DNA of 63,851 nucleotides, the filler included, from Deltaproteobacteria bacterium (GTDB lineage Bacteria; CG2-30-53-67), in assembly GCA_013151235.1 (NCBI GenBank). It is 6 parts of 6 records of this genome, joined end to end, with 100 filler letters (N's around TTAATTAATTAA, not from the genome) between each part and the next. Parts side by side here need not be neighbours in the genome. Positions count along the whole stretch, not along the records: positions 1 to 14,147 come from JAADIO010000069.1; positions 14,248 to 28,458 come from JAADIO010000072.1; 4 more parts are not named here. One strand, written 5' to 3'. The translations under genes were made by a program, and so were the position numbers. Position 1 is the stretch's first letter, and every line of letters starts with the position of its first letter. The notes under the pieces were generated by a model. That model worked only from the letters and a program-made list of their open reading frames with translations, was not told the origin of the DNA and did not search any database. Shown one piece after another: positions 11,279-22,286 of this stretch.

Positions 11279-11289
11279 GAAAAGCAATA

Positions 11290-11742
11290 TAACATGGTGC
11301 AAGAGGGCGAGGCAAGATGCGAGAGCGATTCGAGCGGGTTTTTCCACCTCTTCCGGGGGAAGAATGGTTTCGATGGAACGGATGAAGCGCTTCTTTTTCC
11401 GGTCAACATTGTTGAGGTTGGCCACCCAGTCGGTTTCCAGCTTCTTTTGATCGGCATCGAAGATGTCGGCGATGGTGGCGATCCGGGAGCAGAGATGGAG
11501 CTGCTTCCCCCGGTACTGAAGGGGATAGCCGCCGGATCCGTCAAAATGAATATGGTGTTCAAATGGAGAATCTCCAGGTTTTCTTCGATCCTTTCCGCTG
11601 TGGTACCGATCTTCGGGAATTCGGGAGGATAGAGGGTAAAAGCGGAAAGGAGCAAGGCGATCGAATGCACCAGTCCTTCCGCTCCATCCTCTACGGTCTC
11701 GCCTGCCGACGGAATCAGATTCCTTTGTATATCGAAATCCAT
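11290..11742 (-). pseudogene. internally deleted, frameshifted HD-GYP phosphodiesterase remnant
   Basis: N-terminal frame ..LYPPEFP.. switches near 11565 to a frame reading FEHHIHFDGSGGYP..LHLCSRIATIADIFDA; the HD core is missing. Confidence 0.7.
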
Positions 11743-11750
11743 AACTTTTA

Positions 11751-13688
11751 TTATACGAGCCCTTTCAGGACCTGGGTGCAGATTTGCTGTACCCGCTTGT
11801 TTTTATTCGCCAGCCCCTCCTTAAGGACCCGGCCGGCCTTGGGCGAGCCGATTCGTTTCAGGGCGACAGCCGCCGCCTTCTGGAGGCCGGGTTCCATTTG
11901 ATTTTGCCGGTTCAAAAGGAGCCTGCGAATGATCGGCACAACCCGGTTGCCCCCGATCCGGGAAAAGGTGTGCAGAACCTCCCTCGGTACCTGAAAACGT
12001 TCATGGGCAATCAGGGGAAGGAGTGTGTCGATACAGGAGGCATCGCCGATTCTTCCCAGGATCATCACGACATTACGTACCAGGTACCACCGGTCATCCT
12101 TGAGAGCCGGCAGCAGCACCGGCAGGGCCTCCGTTCCCAGCAGGACCAGGAGGGTGGCGATTCTCTTCCGGCCGGTCAGGCTCTTCTCTTTGGCCAGCAA
12201 CTGAACCAGTAGTGAGGCCGCTTCATGGGGACGGTTGGTCGTCAAACCCTTCAGAAATTCATACTCGTCCTTCTTCAGATGACCGATGTTCCTCAGGACA
12301 ACTGCATACCAGGATTCTTCCTCCATTTGTAAAAGCACATTGGTCATCGTTGCCCGCTTTGAGGTCGCGGGAACCCTTTCCGGGGAGAATGCCTCCCGAA
12401 GAAGCGAAAAGATCGACGTCAGATTTCCGGTCAGCGCCTCCTCCGTTAAGACCTCGCGAAGTTCTTCAAGGCAACTACGGAGCTGGTCCGGTCGATCTTC
12501 CACTCGAATCAGGTCGAGCAGGACCTCCCGGTTCCGGGCGGCAATCCGCTCTTCACTCAGAGATGCCTGAATTTCCAGAAGGGTTTCCCGGTCAAAAAAG
12601 ACAGGCAGATCGGGAAGGTTGCCGGTGTGGAGGTCCTCAAGACCCTGATGATAATCCCGGGACATGAACTGCTTTTCGGAACCGGACAATAAAAAGGTAC
12701 GGATTTGCTCCCAGACCTCCGGGGAATAACTTCCCCGCCGGCCGTTTTTTTTGCGGGTTCCGGCCTTTTGCAGGAGCGTCTTCTCCCGATCGCTCCCCTT
12801 CAGCATGTCCTGAAAGACCGAAGTAATCCGGTTATCGATCTTCCCCTCTTTTACAACAGCACCGGCCAGGACCTCCAGGACCATATCATCGGAGAAGTGG
12901 GAAAAGGTCTTCCGGAGAGCATTGAGGCCTTTCTCATCGTTCCCCTTTTTCAGAATCTGCGAGACCAGGCCGCCGGAGAACTCTTTCCGCTGGGTATCGT
13001 CGAGGTTCTCAAAGACCTTCCGCTGAACTTCGGCGCAGGCCTTGGCATATCCCCCGCCTTCTGAAGGCGTGTCCGGATGGTCTTTGACCATCGACAACAT
13101 GGCCTGCAAACCCTCCGGATTTTGCAGGGAATCGGACATTTCCTGCAACGCCTCGTTATCCCCTTCCTGGACCTTCCGGACCAGGCTGCGCCAGAAGTTT
13201 TTTTCTTCCCTATCGGGATTATCTCCGGATTGCTCCAGGATCTTTTTGTAATCGATAAGGGTCGGCACGATATGGGTCGCCCCCCCCTCTTTCAAGGCCT
13301 GATCGAAGGATCCGGTGGATTTGCTGTCATCCGGGGGCCGGGCGAGGAGTCGGCCGAAGAGGAGCAGTTCCTCCCGGGTCAGGCCGGGATCGACTCTCAG
13401 CGTCAGCAGACCCACCCCATGCAGGCGCCGGGCGAGATCACTGGAGAAATGGTGCTCTTTGTCGTCCTCTCCGGTGAGAATGACCTCTTCCTCGGAGATG
13501 CCGAAGGAGAGGGGGCCCCGGGACCGGAGAAACCCTTCGAACTTGCGATAGGTGCGTTCCACGGCAGGAGCCACTGCAGGATGTTCCGGAGGATAAAGGC
13601 TCAGGATCTTCAGAAAAGCTGAAATTTCCCTGAATATCCCCTGGATCTCATCAAGATAGACTTTTTCTTCAGCAGAAGGTCTGGACAA
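11751..13688 (-). CDS. HEAT-repeat protein
   Basis: C-terminal HEAT repeats (LKDDRWYLVRNVVMILGRIG); N-terminal LYPPEHP motif. Confidence 0.8.
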   Translation of the reverse strand: MSRPSAEEKVYLDEIQGIFREISAFLKILSLYPPEHPAVAPAVERTYRKFEGFLRSRGPLSFGISEEEVILTGEDDKEHHFSSDLARRLHGVGLLTLRVDPGLTREELLLFGRLLARPPDDSKSTGSFDQALKEGGATHIVPTLIDYKKILEQSGDNPDREEKNFWRSLVRKVQEGDNEALQEMSDSLQNPEGLQAMLSMVKDHPDTPSEGGGYAKACAEVQRKVFENLDDTQRKEFSGGLVSQILKKGNDEKGLNALRKTFSHFSDDMVLEVLAGAVVKEGKIDNRITSVFQDMLKGSDREKTLLQKAGTRKKNGRRGSYSPEVWEQIRTFLLSGSEKQFMSRDYHQGLEDLHTGNLPDLPVFFDRETLLEIQASLSEERIAARNREVLLDLIRVEDRPDQLRSCLEELREVLTEEALTGNLTSIFSLLREAFSPERVPATSKRATMTNVLLQMEEESWYAVVLRNIGHLKKDEYEFLKGLTTNRPHEAASLLVQLLAKEKSLTGRKRIATLLVLLGTEALPVLLPALKDDRWYLVRNVVMILGRIGDASCIDTLLPLIAHERFQVPREVLHTFSRIGGNRVVPIIRRLLLNRQNQMEPGLQKAAAVALKRIGSPKAGRVLKEGLANKNKRVQQICTQVLKGLV

Positions 13689-13917
13689 AGTCGATTCTCC
13701 TCATATCAACTTAAATTATAACACCCCTCCTTCGAGAAAGACAAATTTTTTGCGGCACGATTATGACAATCGTGTGAAAGACAAAAATCTTGTGGGGAGG
13801 ATAAGAATATGATAGATTTAAGCAAAATCAGGGTCTTGTATCTTCCGGTTGTTATGATCGAATGAAAACGTGCGGAAAAAGTCCTTTCTTCAACGGCCGA
13901 TTGATTGGACAACATTT

Positions 13918-14147
13918 ATGACGAAGAACGGGAAGGACCAAAGAAAATCCAATCGAGTCCCCGTATCGATCCGGATTGATTATTCCACCGTTGATCAGTT
14001 TTTCTGGGATTTCGCGCGTAATATCAACGAAGGAGGGCTCTTCGTCGAGTCGAACCATCCCTTGCCGGTCGGTACAACGGTACAGCTCAAGTTTTACCTG
14101 CCGAACCGGGATGCTCCGCTGAATAGCACGGGAGAGGTTGTCTGGGT
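13918..14147 (+). CDS. PilZ-domain protein (TIGR02266-like), 3' truncated by contig end
   Basis: RxxxR (RKSNR) and NINEGGLF motifs. Confidence 0.8.
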
Positions 14148-14247
14148 NNNNNNNNNNNNNNNNNNNNNNNNNNNNNNNNNNNNNNNNNNNNTTAATTAAT
14201 TAANNNNNNNNNNNNNNNNNNNNNNNNNNNNNNNNNNNNNNNNNNNN
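14148..14247. other. artificial contig linker
   Basis: N run containing TTAATTAATTAA (stops in all six frames). Confidence 0.99.
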
Positions 14248-14345
14248 GAACGTAGATGTAGCCTCGTAAAAGACAAGCTCCACTGGCCGAGCCTCTTCAA
14301 GATAGGCGAAGGCAGCATCCTTTTGCCGACACTGGCTTGAAGGAT

Positions 14346-14387
14346 AAAATAGGGACAGCGACCATTATATTCCTTTGCGTGGCCGCC
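14346..14387. repeat. orphan end of the RAYT-like element
   Basis: 41/42 nt identical to 51159-51200. Confidence 0.75.
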
Positions 14388-14482
14388 ATGGCCGCGATAA
14401 CGCTCAAGGTACCAGATCTTTAATCTTGCTCTCCTTTGTTGAAAAGGCCTGACACCTTACACCTCCAAACCACATGAATATC

Positions 14483-14526
14483 TTGACTTTCTCAGACGAC
14501 TCCAATAGTATCTACAATGTAGCAAC
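14483..14526 (+). promoter_or_regulatory. mazEF sigma70 promoter with palindromic operator
   Basis: TTGACT-17-TAGTAT overlapping GTATCTACAATGTAG. Confidence 0.65.
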
Positions 14527-14542
14527 AAAAAGGAGGGCCGCC

Positions 14543-14785
14543 ATGAAAACCAAGGCACAAAAATGGGGAAACAGCCTGTCCGTCCGGGTGCCCAAGGGCA
14601 TTGCAGAAAAAGCAGGTATCCGTGATGAAGATATGCTCGATATCGATATTGAGAACGGAAAGATCATATTGATACCCATCAAGAAAAAAGAATATCAACT
14701 CAAAGACCTTCTCAAGAAGATTACCGATGAGAATATCCATGGCGAAATTGACTTTGGAGAACCCTTGGGACGAGAGATCTTTTGA
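14543..14785 (+). CDS. mazE: MazE/AbrB-family antitoxin
   Basis: KWGNSLSVRVP, LL..IT.ENIHGEIDFG.P.GRE; AGGAGG RBS. Confidence 0.92.
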   Translation: MKTKAQKWGNSLSVRVPKGIAEKAGIRDEDMLDIDIENGKIILIPIKKKEYQLKDLLKKITDENIHGEIDFGEPLGREIF

Positions 14786-15129
14786 TGACGCCGACACCGT
14801 ATGTACCGGATCGTGGAGATATTGTATGGCTTCAATTCAACCCTCAATCCGGGCATGAACAGGCCGGCTACCGACCTGCTTTGGTACTTTCACCCGTGAC
14901 CTATAATGAGCGCGTGGGGTTGATGTTGTGCTGCCCCATCACAAGCCGGATCAAGGGATATCCTTTTGAAGTGGAAATCAAAGCGGGTGCAAGAATCAAG
15001 GGTGTGGTCCTTGCTGATCAAGTGAAAAGCCTGGACTGGAAAGTACGAAAAGCCAGGAAAGAAGCGAAGACCACGGCCGGAGTGATTCATAAAGTCCTGG
15101 CCAAACTCCATACGTTGTTATCCTACTGA
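14785..15129 (+). CDS. mazF: MazF/PemK endoribonuclease toxin
   Basis: YVPDRGDIVW.QFNPQSGHEQAGYRPALVLS, DQVKSLDW; TGATG coupling to mazE. Confidence 0.95.
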   Translation: MTPTPYVPDRGDIVWLQFNPQSGHEQAGYRPALVLSPVTYNERVGLMLCCPITSRIKGYPFEVEIKAGARIKGVVLADQVKSLDWKVRKARKEAKTTAGVIHKVLAKLHTLLSY

Positions 15130-15186
15130 TTTTCTTTCCCTTCAAACGCTATACAAATCTTATAAGCAGACCTGACACTTTACAGG

Positions 15187-18100
15187 TTATCCCTGCTGTT
15201 CGTCCGTTTTACCGAATCCTCCCCCTCCGGGTGTCTTCAGGAGAATCGAATCTCCGGCCTCAAGATGGAGGGCCACGCGATGGGGCAGCTCTTCAATCGT
15301 TCCGTCGGCCCGGCAGAGCCGGTTCACTCCCCGCTGCCCGCTTCCTCCCCCGGCCATGCCGTAGGGAGGGATCTTCCGCCGTTCCGAAAGGATCGAGAGG
15401 GTGGCCGGTTTTTGAAAGCCGATCTTCCGGATGACCCCGTTGCCTCCGGGGAACTTCCCGTCTCCTCCGGAGCCTTTCCGAAGCGTAAATCGACGAAGCC
15501 GGACACCGGGGTGCCGGACTTCAAGAATTTCCGGGTCGGTGATCCGGGTATTGGTCATATGGACCTGGACCCCGGAGGCGCCGGGACAGCCGTCGAGAGC
15601 ACCCGATCCTCCCGCAACGGTTTCATAGTATGGAGACTCCCCCTCCACCTCGAAAAGGAGATTGTTCATTGTCCCCTGGGAGGCGCCGGCTACCCCGAGG
15701 GCCCCGAGGAGGAGATCAACGACCCGCTGGGAGGTTTCCACATTCCCCGTGGCCACGGGTGCGGGGAAGGGAGGATTGAGGATCGATCCTTCCGGTACAC
15801 GGAGAGTGATCGGCCGGAGGCAGCCGCTGTTCAGGGGGATGTCGCCGCAGGTGAGGGTGCGGACAACGTAGAGGACGGCGGAACGGGTGACCGAGAGGGG
15901 GGTATTGAGGTTATCTTCACGGTGCCGGGCGCCGGTTCCCGCAAAGTCAATGATCGCCGTCACTGTGGAGGGGGGACGCTCACCGCCCCGGATCTCGATC
16001 CTGACCCGAAGGGGGGTCCCGTCGTCGAGACGATCTTCGAAGGAAGCAATGAAGGGATCCTTTTTCAGGAGGAATTTCAGCAGGGCCTGCTGCACGGAGA
16101 ATTCGGCATTGTCCTGTATATAATCCATATACCGGCGCACCGTCTTCCATCCATAGCGACGGATCATCCGCTGAAGTTCGCCGACCCCCTTGTGGCAGGC
16201 GGCGATCTGTGCCTGGAGATCGAAGATCCGCTCTTCCACGTTCCGGACGGGACGGGGGGCGTCGGACAGAAGACGGGTCAGTTCGGCCTCCCGGAAGTGC
16301 CCTTTTCGGACCAGCAGAAAGTCATCAATCAGGACTCCTTCGTCGCTCAGGTCCCGGGCCTTGACCGGCATGGAGCCTGGAGCGGCCCCGCCGATGTCGG
16401 CATGGTGCCCGCGGGCGGCTGTGAAAAACCGGATCTCCCCCTCCCGGGAGAAGACGGGGCAGATCACCGTCGTATCGGGAAGATGGGAGCCTCCCTTATA
16501 GGGGTTGTTCGTCAGATAGAGATCTCCCGGTTGCATCCTTCCTTTCCGGTCGGCGAGGACGGCCTTGACGGTATCTCCCATCGAACCGAGATGAACGGGG
16601 ATGTGGGGGGCGTTGGCGACCAGACCGCCCGATGCGTCAAAAACGGCACAGGAAAAATCGAGACGTTCCTTGATATTGACGGAATGTGCCGTATTCCGCA
16701 GGGTATGACCCATCTCGCCGGCCACCGACATGAAGAGATTGTTGAAGACCTCGAGAAGGACCGGGTCGGGACCTCTGCTCGTCACCGAGGCCGGGATCCT
16801 GCACCGGGACACCCTGTCGGCGAGGACAACTCCGTCGGACAGGACCGTTGCCTCAAAGCCCGTCTCCACCAGAAAGGTCGTATGGGGATCGACGACAAAG
16901 GCGGGTCCTTCGATCCGGGTCCCCGCGGGAAGGTCTTTTCGTAGATAGACGGGAGCTTTGATCGTTCCTTTCTCGTCATGGAAGGTCTGAAAGGAGACCG
17001 CCTCCGCCCGGTGTTTCCTGTCCGCCGGATGCACGGGACCGGGGGGAAAGAATTCCTCTTCTTCTTCTCCTTCCACGCGGAGATGGACCACCTCCAGGGA
17101 ACCTTCGGCAGGGACGAATCCGAAGATTTTTTCATACCGCGTACAAAATTCGGTAACCGTCTTTTCATATCCGCCGAAGGGGACGGGGATGAAATTTTCC
17201 GTGCCGCGCTGCCGCAGGTCGATCCATCGATGGATCGAATAGGCCGTTTTCCCGGCCGGTTTGCCGGAAAGGTTCCGTTCCAACACCCGGTAGCGCTCTT
17301 CCAGCGCCTCGTATCCTTTCGGACCAAAGGGTTCAAGAAGGGTGGCCTCCGCCTGCACCGTAGGTCGGGCCAGACCGATGCCGTAGGCGGACATGAGACT
17401 GCTCAGGGGATGAAAAACCACCCGGTTGATTTCGAGGAGATCGGCCACACGGCAGGCATGCTGCCCTCCCGCCCCGCCGAAGCAGACGAGGGCATCGTTC
17501 CGGACGTCCACCCCGCGGGAAACGGAGATCTCACGGATTGCCAGGGCCATCTTTTCGTCTGCAATCCGGAGAAACCCGAGGGCGGTCTCCCGGACCGAAA
17601 GATTTCGATCCAGGGTGGTATTGATTCGCTCCGTCATCTCTTCAAAGGATCGAAGAGAGGCCGTGACATCCAGTCCCGACTTCCGGTCGGCGCCGAAGGT
17701 CTTCGGAAAGGCGTCCGCTATGATCCTCCCCGTTACAAGGTTGGCGTCCGTTACGGTGAGGGGACCGCCGAAACCGTAACAGGCGGGTCCGGGATCGGCG
17801 CCTGCCGATTCCGGGCCGACCCGTATCTTTTGTCCATCAAACCAGAGGACGGACCCCCCGCCGGAGGCGACAGACACAATGTTGAGCATCTCCGTGGAAA
17901 GTTCAACGCCGCCGACCTCCCGTTCAAAGCACTTTTCGAACTCCCCGTCAAAACGGCAGATATCGGTGGAGGTTCCTCCCATATCGAAACCGATGACACC
18001 GGCCGCACCCGCCTGCCGTGCGGCCTCGGCCACGGCGATGACCCCGCCTGCCGGTCCCGAAAAAAGGGCGTTCCTCCCATGGAAGTGATCCGGGCTCACC

Positions 18101-18817
18101 AGCCCCCCTGCGCTGACCATGAATTCGATCGGGATCGTTCCCGTCGCCTTCCGGATCTCCTGCAGGTGCCGATCGATCACCGGACTGAGATAGGCATCGA
18201 CGACCGTACTCCGTCCCCGGCCGACGATCTTGATCCTGTTCATGGTCTCATGGGAGAGATAGATATTCGAAAATCCGGACTTTGCCGATCTCCTCTTCGT
18301 GGACCGGGTTTTTCCAGGCATGGAGGCAGACCACGGCCACGGCATCGATCCGCTCTTGCTCCAGGCGCTCCAGGATCGTGCCGAGACACTCCCGCCGGAG
18401 GGGCTCCTCCACCTCCCCCGCGGCATTGATTCGCTCACGAACCTCCAGAACAAGATCGTAAAGGACCGACGGTTTCCGTATGCAGAGTTCGAAGATCGAA
18501 GGGCGGCTCTGGTTCCCGATCTCCAGCAGGTCGGCGAATCCCGCCGTGATCAAAAGCGCCACCCGTCCCCCCTTGTGTTCTAAAAGGGCGTTCGTGGCCA
18601 CGGTTGTCCCGAAACGGATCCCTTCAATCCGGTCGGCCGGGAGAACGACTTCCGGTGGAAGACCGAGAAGACGGCGGATTCCCTCAATCGATGCCGAGGG
18701 ATAGTCCGGTGACGAAGAGAGGAGCTTTGTTACATGGAGTTTTCCCGAAGGATCGCGCCCGATCACATCTGTAAAGGTCCCCCCCTGATCGACGGCGAAT
18801 CTCCATTTCGAAGTCAT
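15187..18817 (-). pseudogene. fused hydantoinase A/B (5-oxoprolinase-like) with a frameshift near 18280
   Basis: N part DQGGTFTD, GTTVATNALL (start MTSKW at 18817) continues in another frame with [45 protein letters not shown]. Confidence 0.85.
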
Positions 18818-19389
18818 TTTATCTCTCCGTTCTTTCTGTGGGCATGTTCCGCGTTTTCCGGTCCGGTGATCGGCAGCCTGCATTCTAACCATTTCCCGGC
18901 GCGACGACAAGCCGGAAACATTTTCTCCGCTCCGTGCCGCATTTTCGGGAAGAAAACAGTCACAGATGGAAGATACGACAGTGCAATTTGCACGATATGG
19001 GTAAATTATTACATAGACCATTGGTCCATTCCCGTCGAGATCCGGCATGCCGGGCGCTTCATGCAACTATTGTCTTTTAAATCAATAAGATATGAGATGT
19101 TTTCCGGTGTTGGAAGGCCGTGATCAAGAGGGCTTCCTGATTCCGTGTCTGCACGATTGTATCATGCAGGCCTCCTGACGGATGCGCGGGACATGCCGGC
19201 GATTTTGTTTATTGATTTTGTCAAGAAAACGGGAACGAAGCGTCCATTTCTTTTCCTATCGATTTAATCCACAATTAAATTCTTCGGGATGTTCTCCCGA
19301 ATATCCGGGCTTCAGTTTGGTCCGGCTGTACTTTATCAATATGATAAACAAAAAAATATTTATAAAAATCAACAAGATCGATGATCCCT

Positions 19390-19405
19390 TGGCATGTTGT
19401 TTGCT
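19390..19405 (+). promoter_or_regulatory. sigma54 promoter of the sulfur cluster
   Basis: TGGCAT-GTTGT-TTGCT (GG-N10-GC), 63 nt before the DsrE-like gene, preceded by an AT-rich tract. Confidence 0.7.
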
Positions 19406-19468
19406 GTTTCAATGGTCCGTTGATGTGAATGGGGTCAGTGTAAACCGGTATTGTCGCGAGGAGATTTT

Positions 19469-19873
19469 ATGAGTGAACAAGACAGAAAGATTGCAATCAT
19501 CCTCTCATCGGAGGACTACGCCAAGATACAGCTTGCCGGAATGATCGCTTCGGTGGCTGCCGTATCGAGTATCGAGGTACTCATCTTCGTTTCAATGGGG
19601 GCCGTCCGAAAATTCAGGAAGGGGATCACGGACGATGAACGATTCACGGGATCCGATTTTTCAAAGGTCCTGAGGGAGAAAAAGGTTCCGCCCTATCTTG
19701 ATCTTTTCAAGCAGGCCAGGGAGTTCGGCGATGCGAAGATCTATGCCTGCCCCATGGCCATGGAGGTCTTGGAGATGACGAAAGAGGATCTGGAAGAGGA
19801 TATTTTCGACGAGATCGCCGGGATGACGAAGTTTCTCGTCGATGCCGATGGATACAATATTATTAATCTGTAG
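19469..19873 (+). CDS. DsrE/DsrF-like (DsrE2-type) sulfur carrier
   Basis: KIYACPMAM motif, 134 aa, adjacent to tusA. Confidence 0.8.
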   Translation: MSEQDRKIAIILSSEDYAKIQLAGMIASVAAVSSIEVLIFVSMGAVRKFRKGITDDERFTGSDFSKVLREKKVPPYLDLFKQAREFGDAKIYACPMAMEVLEMTKEDLEEDIFDEIAGMTKFLVDADGYNIINL

Positions 19874-19899
19874 TACGTTGCCAAACAGGAGGTAAAATC

Positions 19900-20136
19900 A
19901 TGGATGCTGCAATTAACACAAGCGTGGATGCACGGGATTCTTACTGTCCGGGGCCGCTGATGGAACTGATCCGGACCATGAAAAGGGAACCGGTCGGTTC
20001 GGTGATTGAAATCCTCTCTTCGGACCAGGGGTCGGCAAAGGATATTCCGGAGTGGATCCACAAGGTGGGACACGAGTATCTCCGCACCGAAGAGAAGGAA
20101 GGGTTCTGGAGTATTCTGGTGAAGAAAGCCAAATAG
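19900..20136 (+). CDS. tusA: TusA-family sulfurtransferase
   Basis: DAR..YCPGPL motif, 78 aa. Confidence 0.9.
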   Translation: MDAAINTSVDARDSYCPGPLMELIRTMKREPVGSVIEILSSDQGSAKDIPEWIHKVGHEYLRTEEKEGFWSILVKKAK

Positions 20137-20306
20137 GCCGGCCGGATTATATCGATCATCATTTCGTTGTCATTGCCTGTTCCGGAACATTGCCCGGCGC
20201 GGTCGGGGACCGAATGTCGTATTCGGTCTGCTCTTCCGTCCGGCGATCAGGTCTGCGTGGGCGGAATGTCTGCAGCAACAAAATAATTTATGGAGGAATC
20301 TTCAGA

Positions 20307-21446
20307 ATGGGAAAGCGGATTGTAATCATTGGGGGAGGGACCGGCGGGACCATTGTCGCCAACCTCCTTGCACAGGGGCTGCGAACCGAGATGCGTCGCG
20401 GTGACGTAACGGTCAACATGCTCAGCGCTTCGGACAAACATGTCTACCAGCCGGGTTTTATGTATGTTGCCTTCGGACGGATGCAGGACGATGAAATCAT
20501 TCGGGATCAGCGGAGTATTCTCGACTCACTGGTCAACCTCTACGTCGATCCCGCTGTAAAGATCGATATCGAGGGGCAGACGGTCACGGCAAAAAGCGGC
20601 CGATCCTTCCCCTACGATTATCTGGTCATTGCGACCGGTTCCAGGATCGTCCCCGAGGAGATCCCCGGCCTCAAAGAGGGGGCGCATTGGTTCTACGACC
20701 TTCAAGGAGCCAAGAAGCTCCGGAAAGCGCTAAAGGAATTCGAGGGAGGCCGGATCGTCATCGCCGTGGGCGTTCCCCACAAATGTCCCGTGGCCCCGCT
20801 GGAAGTTACCTTCATGATCGACGACCTTTTCTCCAACAGCCATCTCAAAGGAAAATACGAACTCTTTTACACCTACCCCATCGCCCGCGTTCATGCACTG
20901 GAGCCGGTGGCACACTGGGCGGTCAAGGCCTTCGAGCGAAGGGGAATTCAGTATGAGACCTTTTTCAATATTGAGAAAGTAGACCCGGAGAAGAAGCAGC
21001 TTCACAGCGAAGAGGGGTCCGTCATCGACTATGACCTTCTGATTGCCATCCCCCCCCACAAGGGCGCCCCGCTGATTGAAGACTCCGGCCTCGGAGCCGA
21101 CGGCTGGATTCCCACGGACAAACATACCCTGACCATGAAAGGGAAGGAAAATGTCTTCGTCGTGGGAGACACGACCAATATCCCCATCAGCAAGGCCGGT
21201 TCCACCACCCACTTCGAAGCGGACACCGCAGCGGAATCCCTGATCTGCCTGATCAAAGAAGGATGTCCGGGCCGCAGATACGACGGGAAGGTCTTCTGCT
21301 TCGTGGAAACCGGCATGGACAAGGGAACTTATGTCTGGTTCAACTATAACACGCCGCCGAATCCAGGGGAGCCGTCCCAGATGATTCACTGGTTCAAGCT
21401 GGCCTACAATCGCCTCTACTGGCTGAGTGCACGGGGCATACTCTAA
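20307..21446 (+). CDS. sqr: sulfide:quinone oxidoreductase-like flavoprotein
   Basis: GGGTGG, YQPG, YDYLVIATG, KCPVAPLE, GD, YDGKVFC; about 379 aa. Confidence 0.8.
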   Translation: MGKRIVIIGGGTGGTIVANLLAQGLRTEMRRGDVTVNMLSASDKHVYQPGFMYVAFGRMQDDEIIRDQRSILDSLVNLYVDPAVKIDIEGQTVTAKSGRSFPYDYLVIATGSRIVPEEIPGLKEGAHWFYDLQGAKKLRKALKEFEGGRIVIAVGVPHKCPVAPLEVTFMIDDLFSNSHLKGKYELFYTYPIARVHALEPVAHWAVKAFERRGIQYETFFNIEKVDPEKKQLHSEEGSVIDYDLLIAIPPHKGAPLIEDSGLGADGWIPTDKHTLTMKGKENVFVVGDTTNIPISKAGSTTHFEADTAAESLICLIKEGCPGRRYDGKVFCFVETGMDKGTYVWFNYNTPPNPGEPSQMIHWFKLAYNRLYWLSARGIL

Positions 21447-21459
21447 AGGGAGGAATGAA

Positions 21460-22245
21460 ATGTCCAAGAAGAATGGAGGGATGCAGGTGGTGGATGCACC
21501 TTCGGCGGATCTCGGGAATGCCGCTGCCGCCGATGCGCGTATGAATCAGGCGAGCAGTCTTGCAGAGGTTGCCGAGATGGTCCGGGCCTATCGGGATTCG
21601 CAGACCGACCCCATGATTGAGCGGATGGCCGCCATGATGGAACCCTTGGCAGCCCTGGCCGACCAGGTGGCGAAGCCCGAAGTGTTCCAGGCCGTGCAGG
21701 AGTCGGTTCGCACCCTGACCGAGCTGCATCAAAGCGGTTCGCTCAACGATCTCAAAGAGATGGCCCTTTTCGCCAGCGCCGCCAAGAACTCCATGGGAGA
21801 GAGCGTTATTACGCGAATGGCTGCCAACATGGAAACAATGATGGCGCTGATGGATGAGATGGCCAAGGCGGACTTGATGCGGGCCATGCCGGCCATCGAG
21901 GAACTGATCAACAGCGGCAGTCTTGAGATTCTGGCCCAGATGGCAACGTTTCTCGGATCGACCACACATGCTTTTACCGACAGCATCGTCGAACGGATGC
22001 TGACCATGTTCGAAAACATGGTCAGCCGCCTTACGAACCCCCAGATTCAGGATCTGATCGGCGCAGCGGTGGAAAGCGCGCAGGAGACCATGAACGAGAT
22101 GAAGCAGAAACCCGAAAAAGCGGGGATGCTGGCACTCTGGAAAGCGGCGCGGGATCCCATGGTACAAAAAAGTCTGCTCTTTGTTATGGACTTTGCCAAG
22201 AACTTCCACAAGAGCCTGATCTCGGAGACCGGCCCCAGGCTGTGA
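21460..22245 (+). CDS. DUF1641-like helical protein with internal duplication
   Basis: Two repeats (ELHQSGSL..MGESVITRM / ELINSGSL..FTDSIVERM) and C-terminal GMLALWKAARDP.VQ. Confidence 0.7.
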   Translation: MSKKNGGMQVVDAPSADLGNAAAADARMNQASSLAEVAEMVRAYRDSQTDPMIERMAAMMEPLAALADQVAKPEVFQAVQESVRTLTELHQSGSLNDLKEMALFASAAKNSMGESVITRMAANMETMMALMDEMAKADLMRAMPAIEELINSGSLEILAQMATFLGSTTHAFTDSIVERMLTMFENMVSRLTNPQIQDLIGAAVESAQETMNEMKQKPEKAGMLALWKAARDPMVQKSLLFVMDFAKNFHKSLISETGPRL

Positions 22246-22286
22246 TGTTTTGCCGGTGGATCCCTTGCAATTCTGTTCCCCCCGGT

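Noticed and set aside
11279-11425. N-terminal extension of the metallophosphoesterase
   Set aside because: It is the tail of the HD-GYP remnant in the same frame; the family start is MKIGII at 11278
14192-14203. Recurrent TTAATTAATTAA motif
   Set aside because: Always embedded in N runs; synthetic six-frame stop linker
15265-18429. Long antisense ORFs (559 and 483 aa) and similar ones opposite secA, ruvB, groEL, CPA2 and NSS genes
   Set aside because: Shadow frames of GC-rich coding strands with no recognisable motifs
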